Below, one piece after another: positions 11,666-25,049 of a stretch of 64,000 nucleotides of DNA (positions are counted from its first letter, which is position 1; every line of letters starts with the position of its first letter). Below the pieces are notes generated by a model. It worked only from the letters and a program-made list of their open reading frames with translations. It ran no database searches and was not told where the DNA came from. The stretch comes from Camelus dromedarius. Its lineage: Eukaryota. Location of the stretch: assembly GCF_036321535.1 (NCBI RefSeq), contig NC_087437.1:113896001-113960000 (forward strand). Direction: 5' to 3'. Made by a program: the position numbers and the translations under genes.

Positions 11666-13006
11666 AAGAATCTTTTAATCTCTTTCAACTTCTGTATTTA
11701 TTGCACCATCATATAAACCAGGTATTACTCCTTTCATTTCTTTGTGTAACCAACTGGTCACCAAAATGGCAACATTTGGGCTTTGCGCCCTGCCACCTGT
11801 TCAGCAAAAGTATGAATGTGTGTACTTAATGCACAATGATTGCACATAAATGCTTGCATTCAAATTACAGAATCAATTGTAAAGCTATATTATAATGACT
11901 TTGAAGAGATGTAATCTGTAATTGGTGCACTGATGTCCATTGAACATAATTATATGTGAATACAAAACAATTAAGACAAAAGTAACATGACTTTCTGTGG
12001 CCCGGACAGGATACTCTAGCTTTCACATTTACCTGGTACACAAGCTGACCTACCTAATAAGTAGACTCCTCAGTGGGCAAAGGGATTTAGAATTCTGCGT
12101 GAAACAGGAAATGGAGGATAAAACAAAGCACTCCAAAGCAACTTGGAGATGAAGAAAACCTACAGCCTTGCAAGTTTCAATTGCAAATTAAAATTTCCTC
12201 TCTTCCACCTAATTTTGAAGAGCATCAAAATTATACCTAAATTTTTTTTAGATACCTACTAACTCCTTATTTATATATTATTCTGTTTATCTCTCTATAC
12301 TGAATACAGTGTTTGGTACCTGAAAGATTAATAGCACAATAAATAAGTAGTAATTTTAAAATTTAAAAATAATTTTAAACGGTGATTATTTTTATGACTG
12401 TAAACACTAGTAGCCAAATGAATACTTGAGATGATATTTTTTCCTGTCCTCCAAATATGAGAGCTTTCTGTGTTTTACTCTTAAAACTTCAAGTTTAGCA
12501 TTACAATAAAATTAATAAATTTGAACTGTAATACAGTTACGGAAAAACAGATAAAAGTTGATATCTTTATCATTAATGACATTTAGCTCTCAATCAGATT
12601 TTCAAACCCATCCCATTGTTCAAGGTTCCTTTCCAGTGGTATTGCTTTCATTACAACTTGTCTGAGTTTTTTCCCAGCCCCATCCAAGAGGAAAACTCTT
12701 CTTTATGGTGTATTTACACTTGACTTTTATTTATTTTGTGACATGGTCTCCTTCTACATGGCCATGTTGCTGTGTGCACATGATTCCACTTTCAGACTAC
12801 ACATTTCTTGACATTCAAGTACACTTTTTATTGTCCTGACTGGCTTAGCTCAGGCTGTGAGAACATCAGAGTTTCTTTGATATGACAGAGAACTATTTTT
12901 TCCCCTAGAATTATCTACAAATTTGAGCTCATAGTTAGTGCTAATTATTAAGATTCGAGGAGAATTATTTGATTTTGTAGCACCAAGCTTCACCATTGTA
13001 TAAGCC

Positions 13007-13051
13007 TTTTCTTTTCTTTTTCTTTTTCTTTTTTCTTTCTTTCTTTTTTTT
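13007..13051. repeat. (TTTTC)n-like T-rich simple repeat
   Basis: Seen directly. Confidence 0.85.
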
Positions 13052-13240
13052 GGAAATGTGAATATAATTAAAATTCCTGCTTCTAAAACTATCCTGAGTA
13101 GCAGTGAAGACGCTGGAAGCATAAGACCCAGGAACAAATTGATAGCTAAGTGGTACTTTCTCAGATCTGAGTAGGAATTTAGAGATGTGAGGGAGGATGG
13201 AGAAGAGAGGGGAGCAGAGTGGGAAGGAGGGAGAACATGG

Positions 13241-13377
13241 AGGGCAGGATATAGTTCAGTGGAAGAGTGTGTGCTTAGCATGCATGAGGTCCTGAGTTCG
13301 ATCCCCACCACCTCCATCAAAAAGATAATTGAATAAATAGACCTAATTACCTTCCCCCAAAAAAATGCTTTAAAAAA
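13241..13377 (+). mobile_element. tRNA-derived camelid SINE (Vic-1 type)
   Basis: A-box TAGTTCAGTGG, B-box GAGTTCGATCC, diagnostic ACCTAATTACCT tail; imperfect TSD AGGGAGAA(C)ATGG. Confidence 0.9.
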
Positions 13378-13554
13378 AGGGAGAAATGGTGACAAACATC
13401 CCCAAACACTTGAAGGACTTTTATGAACAAGATTTCACATTTAATTTTAAGTATTAAGTGTGGGATACAAAGTACCCTTCAACCTCTCCCACAGTTATGT
13501 CTGTTGTACACAAGGGTGTTATATTTCCAGGTTTTGTTTCTGCAGGTGTTGGAG

Positions 13555-13830
13555 AAGTGTGTTGTGTGTGTGAGAGAGAAAGCACCTGGACGTGTATCTG
13601 AAAGAGAAGTTTGAGCGTATGTGTCCATATGTACGTACGTGTGAGAACGAGCATGAATGCGTGTCCGAGAGAAAGCCAGAGATGGGGAGAGATGAGCTAT
13701 TTGTGTCTGTGTGTGTGTGTCAGTGTGCATGAGAGGGAACATGTGTTAGAAAAGGAAATGTGGTGAGTGTGTGTGTCCATCTGTGTGTGTGTGTGTGAAA
13801 GAAAGAGCGAGAGAGGAGTGTAGGTGTGGG
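13555..13830. repeat. Degenerate (TG)n/(GA)n low-complexity tract
   Basis: Several interrupted TG and GA runs. Confidence 0.75.
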
Positions 13831-14689
13831 AAGACGAGCACTGGGGGCTCCTAGGGGTTACACCGTCTGTCTGGCTCCGAGGAGCCCAGGGCAACACGCA
13901 TGGAGAGACGGGGGCGCGACCTAGAGCTATGTCAGCGGGCAAAGCAGGTGAGAAGGGCCCAGAACACACACTGTGCCTTGACTGCCTGTTCATGGGCCCC
14001 CAGTCCCACACGCCCTCACTCCTTTCAAACCGTAAGAGTTTGACACACTTGCTAATGAGTCTGTTCTCCTTCCCACAAGTCACAAAAAGGGCTAAACTAA
14101 ACTCTGGATCTTCAGCGACTTGGGGATTCCAGCTGTCATCAGAGTTGATCATAAAGATGAATCTAGACACAGCTTTCCCACCCAACAAAATGACCATCTG
14201 TGCCTGGACAGGATCCTGTACACGAAGCAAAGGTGCTGTTTGAATGTGGGGACGGGCATCCTCACATGTGCATATAGTTTGGGTTTTCTCAGGGTTTTAC
14301 ACACCAGACCCCAGGGGCTAAAAGGAATGGCTCCGCTAGTGGGCACGCCTGGCACCCTGCTGGCTAATACCACTGTCTCACAAAGCTCTTCAATTACTTA
14401 AAAACACCCAGTGAAATGGCAATCCAACAACTCAAGTTGTTCAACTCAACCAGACAAGTCAAGCCATCAAGTGCCTCCGGTGTAGACTGTGAGAGGATCT
14501 GGACCCTAATTGATACGCACACTCTTCCGAAGTGTTTTTGTTACTGTCAGGGGCACTGATTCTCCTTAAAGAGCCCAAAGGAGGTGAGAGGTTCCCATTA
14601 CAGTAGAGCAGTTGAGAGGTTGAGCTTTGGTATAAAACAGACCTACCTGCCACCGATTTTTAACGTTAGAACCTTCTGATGTTAATCTA

Positions 14690-14835
14690 GCCAAGCTTCC
14701 AGATCTTCTATAACGTGGAATTAACAGCACTACCTTGTTAAGGCTATTGTGGGGCACTCGTGAGATAATATATGTAATGGGCTTCAGATGCTATTTTAAA
14801 ACAATTATAACAATATTGGTTATAATTATTAGCAT
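14690..14835 (+). mobile_element. MIR fragment
   Basis: CACTACCTTGTTAAGGCTATTGTGGGG...TGAGATAATATATGTAA resembles the MIR 3' half. Confidence 0.6.
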
Positions 14836-16689
14836 CAGCTACAAGTAAGAGCATTCTGGGGGATACTGTAATCATTTCACAGCAGACACCTGTCCCCCAG
14901 GCAAAAACGTAGTGCCGTTCACTTGTGATTTGTTTGTTTTTCCCTGATAAGTCTGGGTGGAGCTAATGGACAGGACCAGTGGGAGTTTTCAGATACGTCT
15001 CTCAGAGGTAAAACCCACACCACCAGCCTCCTGTCCTTGTTCTGATCGCCCTCACCTCATCCGAACTGATCAGCGACAAAAACACTTTGGGTTTGGTTGA
15101 TGAAATGGAAACTTTGGGGGTTGCTGTTGACTTTTTAGTGTTGCTGATTTGCCCTTGCTTGTTAGCACTGATAAGGCGACATAAATATAATCAGATAGTA
15201 GATTGGGAGAGAGTGAAAGACAATGGAACCCAAGTTTAAAGCAAAATGAGATGCCCAGCCTTGATACTGGGGCTCCGGGCCAGTGTCTGGCAGCCTGACA
15301 GTAAAGGCTTAAAAGAAAGGAAGAAAGAAAAACAGAGCCTGAGCCATTTACCACACAGTAATTGGACACAAGGAAACTTAGCACTGGCACCTGGCCTTTG
15401 AGGTAATTATCCTTCTCCCAGGAGCATAATAGCCCCATTGTTCACCTAGTGAGTGGAGCAGGCGTGCAATCAGAAAGGGAGAGAAGTCAGACCCAGAGCA
15501 TGAAAAGAAGGCAAGAGTGGGCCTTTGATGTGCTTCCAGGCCTGGGCTGGGGACCTGGGCTGCGAGAAATAGCATGTCAGCAACCTTTGTCTTCTCACCT
15601 GTGGAGATACTTCTACCATTGCAAATCCTCGCCTTTATCTGCACGGAGCCCATTAAATCAACTCGGCACAGCTGTCATCAGCTGGGGCTCCAAACGAAAG
15701 CACACACTTGGGTTTGACTTTATCGACATGCCTCCCGATCCAGAGTGAGGTCAGGTAACTCTAGGCTGGGATGATGCGGGTGGATCTGGCAGTGGGGTGA
15801 TGTTTCTTACCACGGCTTATTAGACGTTTCCCAGACAAGTCCTTTTGGCACAATGAAACCGCACTGAAGTTCAAGAACACTTCTGGATGTAGGCGTTGCC
15901 AAGGACTCTGGGTTCAAAAACCCGACTTCCAACAAGCAGTGACATTCATTTATTCATTCATCCCACAAATGTTATAGTGAGCCCCGCAGGCACAGGACTT
16001 GAACGTTTTATTAGCAAATGTCAACTATTATCGGATGTAAATAACTGGACCCCATTCTCCCGGTGCCTTTAATTTCAGGTCTCTGATTCATCGATCCAAA
16101 TGTGTCAATCGTGTCTAGAACATGTCTACTTTAAGATTTCTAACTATACAACTGATTATAATTCTTCATTTGTTGGTTTAAGGCCACAAACCTTAAATAA
16201 GAAACTTGCCATTTAAAAAATTGTAGGAACAATTGTATTATAAGGAATGAGCCATTAACCTTTAACCATTGGCCATTTCCTTGCTATCCTCTTCACCCAC
16301 CCTTTCTCCTTATGCCACCCAGAAATTTATTAAATGGAATCTTCCTCAATCAGCAAGACCCTGCTGGTCCCTTGAGCCCTGTCAGATCCACTGCCTTCCT
16401 GTTTCTTCAGCTTCTGTAACCATGGAGATTTTTTTGCCTTGCTACTACTGGCCAAAACTTGCTCTAGCAATACTGGGGCTAGTGTATTTAATCGACACAA
16501 CACATTCTGTCCTTCCGCATACTTTTGATTCTCTCTACTTTTTTAACTTTATAAAGTAACACAGCAACTGAGTTATTTTAAAAACTCAGTTCTAGTCAAG
16601 TTAAATAGAAACTGATAGAAAATATGGCGAAGAAAGCCTCCAGTTCCGTTAACAATGTATATGTTTGGGAATGTAGTATCAAGCCACAA

Positions 16690-16830
16690 AACTCTACGTC
16701 CAGTATCTGTTTCTGTGAGCCTCAGTTTCCTTATTTGAAAATGGCAGCAGTCCGGACCTACCTCTCACGCCTCTTGTGGATATGAGATACCATAAACGCA
16801 TCTACGGCAGGGGTCTGTCATGGGGTCCGT
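16690..16830 (+). mobile_element. MIR core fragment
   Basis: CTGTGAGCCTCAGTTTCCTTATTTGAAAATGG. Confidence 0.75.
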
Positions 16831-16961
16831 TTCTAACCTCCTGCTTCCTCTCCCTTTCACATCTCTCATGACTTTTAGATAAATGGCCATGAATGCAGGA
16901 GGAAACACAGTACCAATCTTGAAGGTAACATTATTTGAATCCAATTTAAAAAATTGGATCA

Positions 16962-17458
16962 TGTGGAAGACAGCTGCTGAATTGGCACTTGGTGATCTCT
17001 GCCTTCTGGTAATCACGTACTTCTGTAATTCTCTCCCCTGAGGGTGCGCTGGACCTAGGGACTTGCTTATAGTGACTGGAACACAGCCAAAGTGATGGGG
17101 GTTCACTCAGAGATTAGGTTACAAAAAGGCTGCAGCTTCCATCTTGCGCTCCCTCTCTTGCGAGATCTGAGGGGAGCCAGCCACTGGCTTATGAGCTGCG
17201 AGATGGAGAAGTAGCTGAGGGAGGCCTGCACCAACTGTGTGAGCTAGCCTGTAAGGGCACCCTTCCCTCACTGAGCCTTCGGATGACTGCAGCCCCAGCT
17301 GGCACCTTGATTGTAGCCTTACGGGAAACCTTGAGCCAAAGGCACCCAACTGAGCTGCTCCCACATTCTACTTACAGAAACTTTGAGACAATAAACATCG
17401 TTGTTTTAAGACACTCAGTTTTGTGTAATTTGTTGTGTGGCAATAGATAACTAATGCA
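16962..17458 (+). mobile_element. MaLR solo LTR (MLT1F-like)
   Basis: TG...CA ends; GAGCCTTCGGATGACTGCAGCCCCAGCTG motif; near-TSD GATCA/GACCA. Confidence 0.85.
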
Positions 17459-19055
17459 GACCAATGTATTTTCAGGTACTCATTCTCTGCTATTTTTACT
17501 TTAACCCTTCCAAGTTAAATGACCAGCCTTCACGCTTCTTATTAAATGCACACATGCACTTTCAAAAAAAGTTTGTTGTTCTCTTCCTAATTTCCTGCTA
17601 CCCTTATGTTCCATGGAGGCCTAGCTAAGTGCTACATGCTGATAAGGGAGATGATGTTTTTTTTTTTTTTCCCCACAAACACCCCACAGTCATCCTCAAT
17701 CCACCCTCTAATAGAACCCATGTCTCAAAAACTGCCCTTTCCCTAAAGGGGATGCTGTGTGTTAGTGACCAAACAGGGAGGCCACATCCTCAGGCTGCAA
17801 TGGCTTCTGGGAGATGCCACGTAAGGTAAGAAGGGATGTGCCGCTGAATGCCCAAAGCTGAAAGCACGGTGTCCCGAGAGGCGTGGAAAACGGCAGCAAA
17901 CTGTGGGACAGGAGCAGCTGGCGAGTTGCTTCGCCAACTGAAACGTGTGCCAAAGCCCACTGATATTTTTAAATCTCTCCCGTGTCTGCAACTGGAAGGA
18001 AAAAAGGAACAATGTGGTTGTGAAAGAGCTATCGTCTGGACTGTCCAATATTTTATTCTTACGCGAATTAAGAATGCTAATTATAAACAGTTACATAAAA
18101 CGAGGTCAAACTACAACAAATTCCAATGAGTGGTTTGGGTTTTATTGAATTAAAAACAGTAAAAATACACATTTAGCCCAATTCATTGCCACATTTAAAT
18201 CGTACAGTAGCAATACGTGTTGATATCACAAGAGGCAAAATTGCCAATTATTTATTCATCATGTAACCAAGCTAAGTAAAAAGTAGATTTTTAGTTCAAA
18301 TCTTTCGGTTAACTGTTCTACAGTACCTACACAATAATATATAGAACCCCAAATCTTGCTAATTTGGTTCTGGTTGTCACTTTGGACTGTAAGAAGGAAT
18401 ATTTCCTTACCATGCTGTCTTGGTAACAGCCACCCAGGGAGGTTCTGAGAACACATCCTCCCCCAATTTTCTCATAACTTGTGGCTTTTTTCTTTTTCTT
18501 TTTTTAATTTCTATGTCTGAGCAGAGGACAGAATTGGGATGTAAGAAAAAAATGATCTGCAGGAAAATATTTCTCATAACTATTCTTAACAATGTCATTA
18601 CATTTAATTGACCAGCAAAAAGAAAATAAGATTTTTTTTTTGTCTTCACCAAAGAGAGAAAAATGAGGAGTAAATAATGTCTCTACTTCCTTGCTGAACT
18701 TGGAAAACAGAACTAGACTGAAAAAGTCAAGACTCCTCTACCGAATGGAGCCCGAGTCTAATGAAGAAAGAATGAAAGCAGCGACAGCTAGGTGGCTAGG
18801 GAGAGGTACAGAAATCAGCCCTGTGGTAAGCGAAGTGGAGTAAATCGCCAGCAAATATTAACCCATCAGCCAAAGTATGTCTCCTTTTTGATCAGCTTCC
18901 TGATACTATTTGGGGTACTGAAATAGTCCCCAGAAGGGGACTGGGGACAAGCTGACTTGTCCTAGGACTGTCCATTTTCAAAAACCTGGACCTTGAAACT
19001 TGACCATGGCTAACTGATGTTCACAACTGATGTCTCATCAAAGTGTGGAGAGATG

Positions 19056-19643
19056 AAAACAACCTAAATGTCCATCGACAGATGACTGGATAAAGAAGCT
19101 GTGGTATATTTATACAATGGAATACTACTCAGCCATAAAAAGAATAGAATAATGCCATTTGCAGCAACGTGGATGGACCTGGAGATTGTCATTCGAAGTG
19201 AAGTAAGCCAGAAAGAGAAAGAAAAATACCATATGGTATCACTTATATGTGGAATCTTAAAAAAAAAAAGAAAAAAGAGGACACTAATGAACTTATCTAA
19301 AAAACAGAAACAGACTTGCAGACATAGTAAACAAACTTATGGTTACTGGGGGGGAAAGGGGATGGGAAGGGATAAATTGGGAGTTTGAGATTTGCAAATT
19401 TTATATATAGTAGAATATAGAATAGATACATAGAATATATATATATAAGAATATAGAATAGAATATAAAATAGATAAACAAGTTTCTACTGTATAGCACA
19501 GGGAACTATATTCAATATCTTGCACTAACCTATAATGAAAAAGAATATGAAAATGAATATATGTATGTATATGTCTGACTGAAACAGTATGTTGTACACC
19601 AGAAATTGACACATCATAGACTGACTATGCTTCAATTAAAAAA
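19056..19643 (+). mobile_element. 5'-truncated young L1
   Basis: ORF2 C-terminus (MPFAATWMDLEIVIRSEVSQKEKEKYHMVSLICGI), 3' UTR and poly(A); TSD core AAAGTGTGGAG (19040-19050 and 19644-19654). Confidence 0.92.
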
Positions 19644-20774
19644 AAAGTGTGGAGGGAGATGGAATCTCAATTTTCCACTACTTTGCCCATGAGCAAGTAG
19701 GTTCTCAATAAATGCTTGTGGGATGAATGAATAAATGTGGTGAATCCAGAAGATTTTTCATTCCAGCTGCAGAAGGGATTTCTACTCAAGAAGAATAAAA
19801 AAATCTATAGGAAGGTGAATACAGTCTCCTTCAGATTTTAGATTGTTGGTCCCCTCTGTGTGACTCCTGGTGAGTCAGTCCCCAGGATAAGCTCAGGCAC
19901 TTAGTCAGGTGATGAGACAAATCCTGCTATTTCTTTTCTACAATTTCTTTCCTCACCCAAAACTCAACTTCTTTCTGGGATTGCCTGTTTTCCTAACCTT
20001 TTGTCCCCCAACGTTGTTTAATTATCCTACACATATAAAAAATGCACACAGCCTCAAAAATTGTGTGTGTGTATGTGTTTGTGGAAGGTTCTACATGCCT
20101 GTGTGGCTATTCACAGGAACATTGTTGTGGGGAAAGCTCTAGAAGAAGATTCTGGAAAATTACAATTTCACCAGCTGGAAAAGCATTGAGAAACCCCAGT
20201 TTTAACATCTTTCCAGTCACTGACATAAAAAAAATGCACACTGTATGCAAATGAAGCTTAGCATTCAAATCATTTAAAGATCTTTCTACATATAATTAAG
20301 AAGGGTGATTTCATCAGACATATTTCTTAAATCAACATGCAAAAGGTCCAAAGTGAGGTCAGCCCGTTTAGCAATGGACACGTGGAAATGTTAGGGATGA
20401 GGCGAGAAGTGTAGAGGACTCAGTATCTGTTCAATTTCTATTCCTGTGCTGCAGCTGTGTGTAGCTTTCCTGGGTCACGCTTCTCAACTTCTCCAGGGGC
20501 GAAATTAGGGATGGAGATGTGGAAAAAGAATTTAGAGTTGGTTCTCAAGTCTCCGAGGTGATTACTTCCTCTCCCTTCATGACAAATTCATCATTCTGCT
20601 CTAAAATGAAAAGCAGGGATAGGCTATGTATTGGGAATAAGGTGAACAGTACAGGTTTTACAGGAAAAATCTTTGTGTGGCATTTTATCAGAAAACATAG
20701 GTATTGAGTCAATAAATCTTTTAAAAGCATGTATTTGGCATCTTTATCACTAAACATTAAATATTATATTACAA

Positions 20775-21134
20775 CATCACTTATATGTGGAATCTTAAAA
20801 AAGAAAAAAGACAAATGAACTTAGTTACAAAACAGAAACAGACTCACAGACATAGGAAACAAACTTATGGGTAACAGAGGGGAAGGGGGTAGGAAGGGAT
20901 AAATTGGGAGTTCGAGATTTGCAGGTATTAACCACTATATAGAAAATGGATAAACAACAAGATCATACTGCATAGCACAGGGAACCATATTCAAAATCTT
21001 GTAGTAACTTATGGTGAAAAAGAATTTGAAAATGAATATATGTATGTTTATGTATGACTGAAACATTCTGCTGTACACCAGAAATTGACACAACACTGTA
21101 AACTGACTACACTTCAATACAAAAATATATATAA
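20775..21134 (+). mobile_element. 5'-truncated young L1 (mostly 3' UTR)
   Basis: Closely similar to 19240-19640; 16-bp TSD AAATATTATATTRCAA (20759-20774 and 21135-21150). Confidence 0.92.
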
Positions 21135-21318
21135 AAATATTATATTGCAATCTAAAAACCTGTAATAACTTAAGCACTGGATGACAAATTATTATATATA
21201 AATCATAACATATCATCAAAAAGATGATTTTGAGAGAATGCATCTGTATGTGCACTCACATACTTGGGTGTATGTGTGTAAATATAAATAATATACATTA
21301 TACATGTGTAATTTTTAT

Positions 21319-21466
21319 TTTTTAAATTATTTTTAGGTGGAGGAGGTAATTAGGTTTATTTATTTAGTTAGTTAGTTAACTTATTCTTATAGAGGTACCA
21401 GGGTTTGAACCCAAGACCTCGTGCATGCTAGGCACACACTCTAACACTGAACTATGCCCTCCCCCC
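21319..21466 (-). mobile_element. tRNA-derived camelid SINE (Vic-1 type)
   Basis: Reverse complement of the 13241 SINE; TSD TGTAATTTTTAT (21307-21318 and 21467-21478). Confidence 0.9.
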
Positions 21467-21634
21467 TGTAATTTTTATATCCAAAGAGCCCTGGCTATAT
21501 CTGTATCTGCATTTGCAACTACACCTTTATCTACATCTGTGTCCACATCCCTCGTTCTCTCATCTGGGGTCGGTCCCCTGACAGCCTCCATATACCATCA
21601 CGTTTAGTTTTGTTGTACCACTGCTCCCTTTTAA

Positions 21635-21755
21635 AAAATATTTGTCTTGTTCCCTCAGTGGCTCAGCCCTTGAAGGCAGGAACTGAGATTTTTTTTTTTC
21701 CACTCGAGTCCCCAGTACCTGGAATCTAGTAAGGATGGATTAAGTGTTTAGAAAA
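21635..21755 (+). mobile_element. LINE-2 3' fragment
   Basis: CCTTGAAGGCAGGAACTG...TCCCCAGTACCTGG. Confidence 0.55.
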
Positions 21756-21974
21756 GAAACAAGGGTTGATTCCAGATATATCCATGATCAAAAATTTATT
21801 TCATCTAAGATCCAGAATTTTGAAGGATGGCCTCATGGCACAAAATTTTAAACTGTTTGCACTAAGAATAACATACTATATAGCTCCACCTGATTTTTTT
21901 TTTAATTCGCAAAGAAAACACTTTCCTTTCCATTAGCAAGTCCTTATTATCTTGGTAATTTACTGTAATAGCCT

Positions 21975-22350
21975 TTCTCCAGTTATCTGCTGCTGTGCAG
22001 TAAACTATCCCATAGTTGGACAGCTTAAACCAACGATTTCATTTTCTCCACAGTTTTGAGGAGGTCTGGATGACCATCTTGGCTTTATGGGGTCGCTGTG
22101 GGGTGACTGGGGCTGAAGAAGCCACTCCTAGGAGGGCCTCTGCACTCACACATCCGGCTCCTTGGTCCCCCTCTCTCTCCCTCTCTCCTTGTGACAACCC
22201 ATCTTCCAGAGCCTCTCCTGGTGGCTTGGGTTCCTCCCAGCACGCATGGCAGCCTCAGTCTCTGCCCACTGGGGCTTCTGTATGGTGACTCAGGGTTCTG
22301 AGAGCAGGTTCTCTGAGAGAGCAGAGCAGAAGCTGCAGGAACAAACAAGG
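21975..22350 (-). mobile_element. Old MaLR LTR (MLT1H-L-like)
   Basis: AGTTATCTGCTGCTGTG...CTTAAACCAAC and GGCTTGGGTTCCTCCCAGCACGCATGGCAGCCTCAG. Confidence 0.7.
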
Positions 22351-24547
22351 GCTCTCCTTTGGAAGAGTGTTCTCTTTAAAAACACGAAAGGATGCTTTGT
22401 GAACCAGGGTCAGACACATCACAAATGCTCGATATACTTTTGTGAACCAACTGAGTTAATCGATCCTTCGACTGATTCATCAATTCATAATTCAAAATTA
22501 ATAGATGGATTCATAATTAAGAGATGAATTAATGAAGGAAGTACCAATAATGTTTCCAGTGCTGTGGTATGACTGTTATTAACAGTCTTTATTTTATATG
22601 GGCAAATAGATTTAATCATGCCAATATAAATATTATGTCCTGTAAACTTAATGTAATTCCCCTTCTGGGTGGAAAAGGGCAGCAATGTGAACATATTTAA
22701 CTGTGGCCAAAACTTTTCATGCTATACACATGGAGTTTGTGTTGAAAATGTGAATAGTGGTTACTTTTTATGGAGTATGTTTTTGTTTAAGTATTCACCC
22801 CATAGTACAGCTTTTATAAATTTGAAACTGGTAGAGATCATTAATTTGAAGACTAGACCAACCAAAATCTGATTACAACCAAAATCAGAATAAAATTAAA
22901 GGATGGATGAACGGTTGTCTCCATCAAACTAATCTCCAAATACTGGATGAAATCCTCAAAGCTTTTTACAAACCATTTCTTCCCCTAGATTCTTATTTTC
23001 ACTTATCATTAAAAAATGTATCCTTTTATGACTCATTTTCACTTTACTTAGCAAAATGCTGTTTCATAGCAAGTTACTTGATATTCATTCAACTTCTGAG
23101 TATCTCAACTCCATTTTCATCAAAAACGGGAAGTTGACTTTTGCCAAGAATAAATGAACTTGAACACAAAGTTTTAAGTATGGCTTAAAGAATGGAATCC
23201 TCCATCTTCAGGCTCATTCTTATGTTGGCAAGACCCTTCTCCTGACCAGACTATGAAATAATAATGATATCCTTTAGCAATTTAAGCTTTGGGTTCCAAA
23301 ACACCTGAATCTGTTACTAAATTTCACTTAACAACAGGATCTTATTTTTATCTTTAGCAAATATCCTGGGACATGTTTAAGTACCAGCAAAAAACTGGTA
23401 CATTACTGATTTTAAATTTGAAATGACTAGCAAATCAATATTTCAGAGTATAACAGGAACAGATTCTATGAAATGAATACAAATCAGATACTGCATTGGC
23501 CAACTTCCAACAGAGACAGAAAAAATTGAGAAAGCTAAGTGAAGTGAAATACTAAATGATGTAATAAAACTTTTGAGATATAAGATTGAAAAATTTGAGG
23601 CTTACCAACTTGAAACATAAGAGAGAAACCTAGTTTTAACACATTAATAGAGAGTGCTCTTTCGTCACCCATTTTTTTGAGATGAATAACAGCAAACAGC
23701 AACTTGTAGATGTTTGCAGGACAAGATCTAGGACCTGTAGTTCTAGCAGATCCAAGGATACATGAGTGGTTTGTGAATATTAACCAAGCACCATCTGGAT
23801 GCTGGAAGATGATTTTCCGAAGTGGATACTTATATCTTCACCTGAAACTTTCAAACAGACTTCTTTAGTCTCATCCATTAAGGCAGCCACCATTTTCATT
23901 TTCCCATTTTGCTTAATGCAAAGTCAATTTCAAGGAAATGCAATTGTACAACCAGTTATTAACTCTATTGCAGACCAGGTCTAAACTAGCAACACTTATA
24001 CACATGTGCTTCAAATAATCTCATTCTAGAATTGTTATTTACCTAAATTACAGTGTTTGAATAATGTATAGTTTAAATTTGGTTTCAGAAGGTGAAAAAT
24101 ATTTTGGGCCAGGAAACAGTATGTTTGAAAAATATGCACGTGTCTGTAAACCTAATTTTACATTCCTCCCATAGTTACTCTAGACCTAGAATAGAGAAAG
24201 GAATTCAGATCCAAACAGGAGCAGTCCACCTGTTGTGTGTGTGCAGTTTCTAATCCAGATAAGGTCTTCCAGGTAAATTTAAGCAACTGAAATCCAGTTC
24301 ATTGTACAGTTGTTGATTCTTTCTCTAACTATTAATGTGTGTTTACCGTGCGCCAAAAGGTAGTGTTAGATGCTTTTGGCAGAGACCGATATTGCTCCTG
24401 GAACACCAAAACGCCTCCATATTTCCTAGGAGTCTCCCCTTTCACTTAGAAGTCAAGCAAAAGGGAAATGAGCCTTGTGCTCTGGAGCACTGAAGATTCC
24501 ATCTGTCTCCTTCATCCTTAATTTCTCTGCCAGGGAAACTCAGAAGT

Positions 24548-25048
24548 TGCCTTGCTTTTCTATCGCTGCTATGACACATTACCACAAATTGGCATCTTAA
24601 ACGATTCAAACTTACTATCTTACAGTTCTGGAGGTCAGAAGTCCAACATGAGTCTCACTGAGCAAGGCTGAGTTCCTTCTGGAGATCCCAAAGGAGAATC
24701 TGTTTCCCTGAGTTTTCCAGCTTCTAAAGGACACCTGCATCCCTTGGTTCATGGCCCCTTCCTCCATCTTCAAAGCCAAGCTGTGGTGGGTCAAGTGCTT
24801 TTCACAACATATCTCTCTGACTCATGCCCTGTAGTCACACCTCTCTCTGACTCAGTTGGGAAACGCTCTCTATGTTTAAGGATTCTGTGATTAGATTGGG
24901 CCCATCCAGATAATCCAGGATAATTCTCATCTCAATGCCTGTGAACTTAATTACATCTACCAAGTTCATTTTGTCATGTAAGATACCATGCACAGGTCCT
25001 GGGAATTCAAGCACGAACATTTTGTGGGGCCCTGATTCTGCCACCACA
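24548..25048 (-). mobile_element. MaLR solo LTR (MLT1D-like)
   Basis: TTACAGTTCTGGAGGTCAGAAGTCC and GATTAGATTGGGCCCATCCAGATAATCCAGGATAAT. Confidence 0.9.
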
Positions 25049-25049
25049 A

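Noticed and set aside
13241..13315. Possible tRNA gene
   Set aside because: It is a SINE head: followed by the SINE tail and TSD, with a second dispersed copy in the window
12850..13395. 181-aa ORF with a basic KRK run
   Set aside because: Reads through an antisense SINE and a (TTTTC)n repeat, so it is compositional
18903..18975. Cluster of short hairpins such as AGTCCCC-AGAAG-GGGGACT
   Set aside because: Stems of 7 bp or less are expected by chance; possibly a decayed MITE but not assignable
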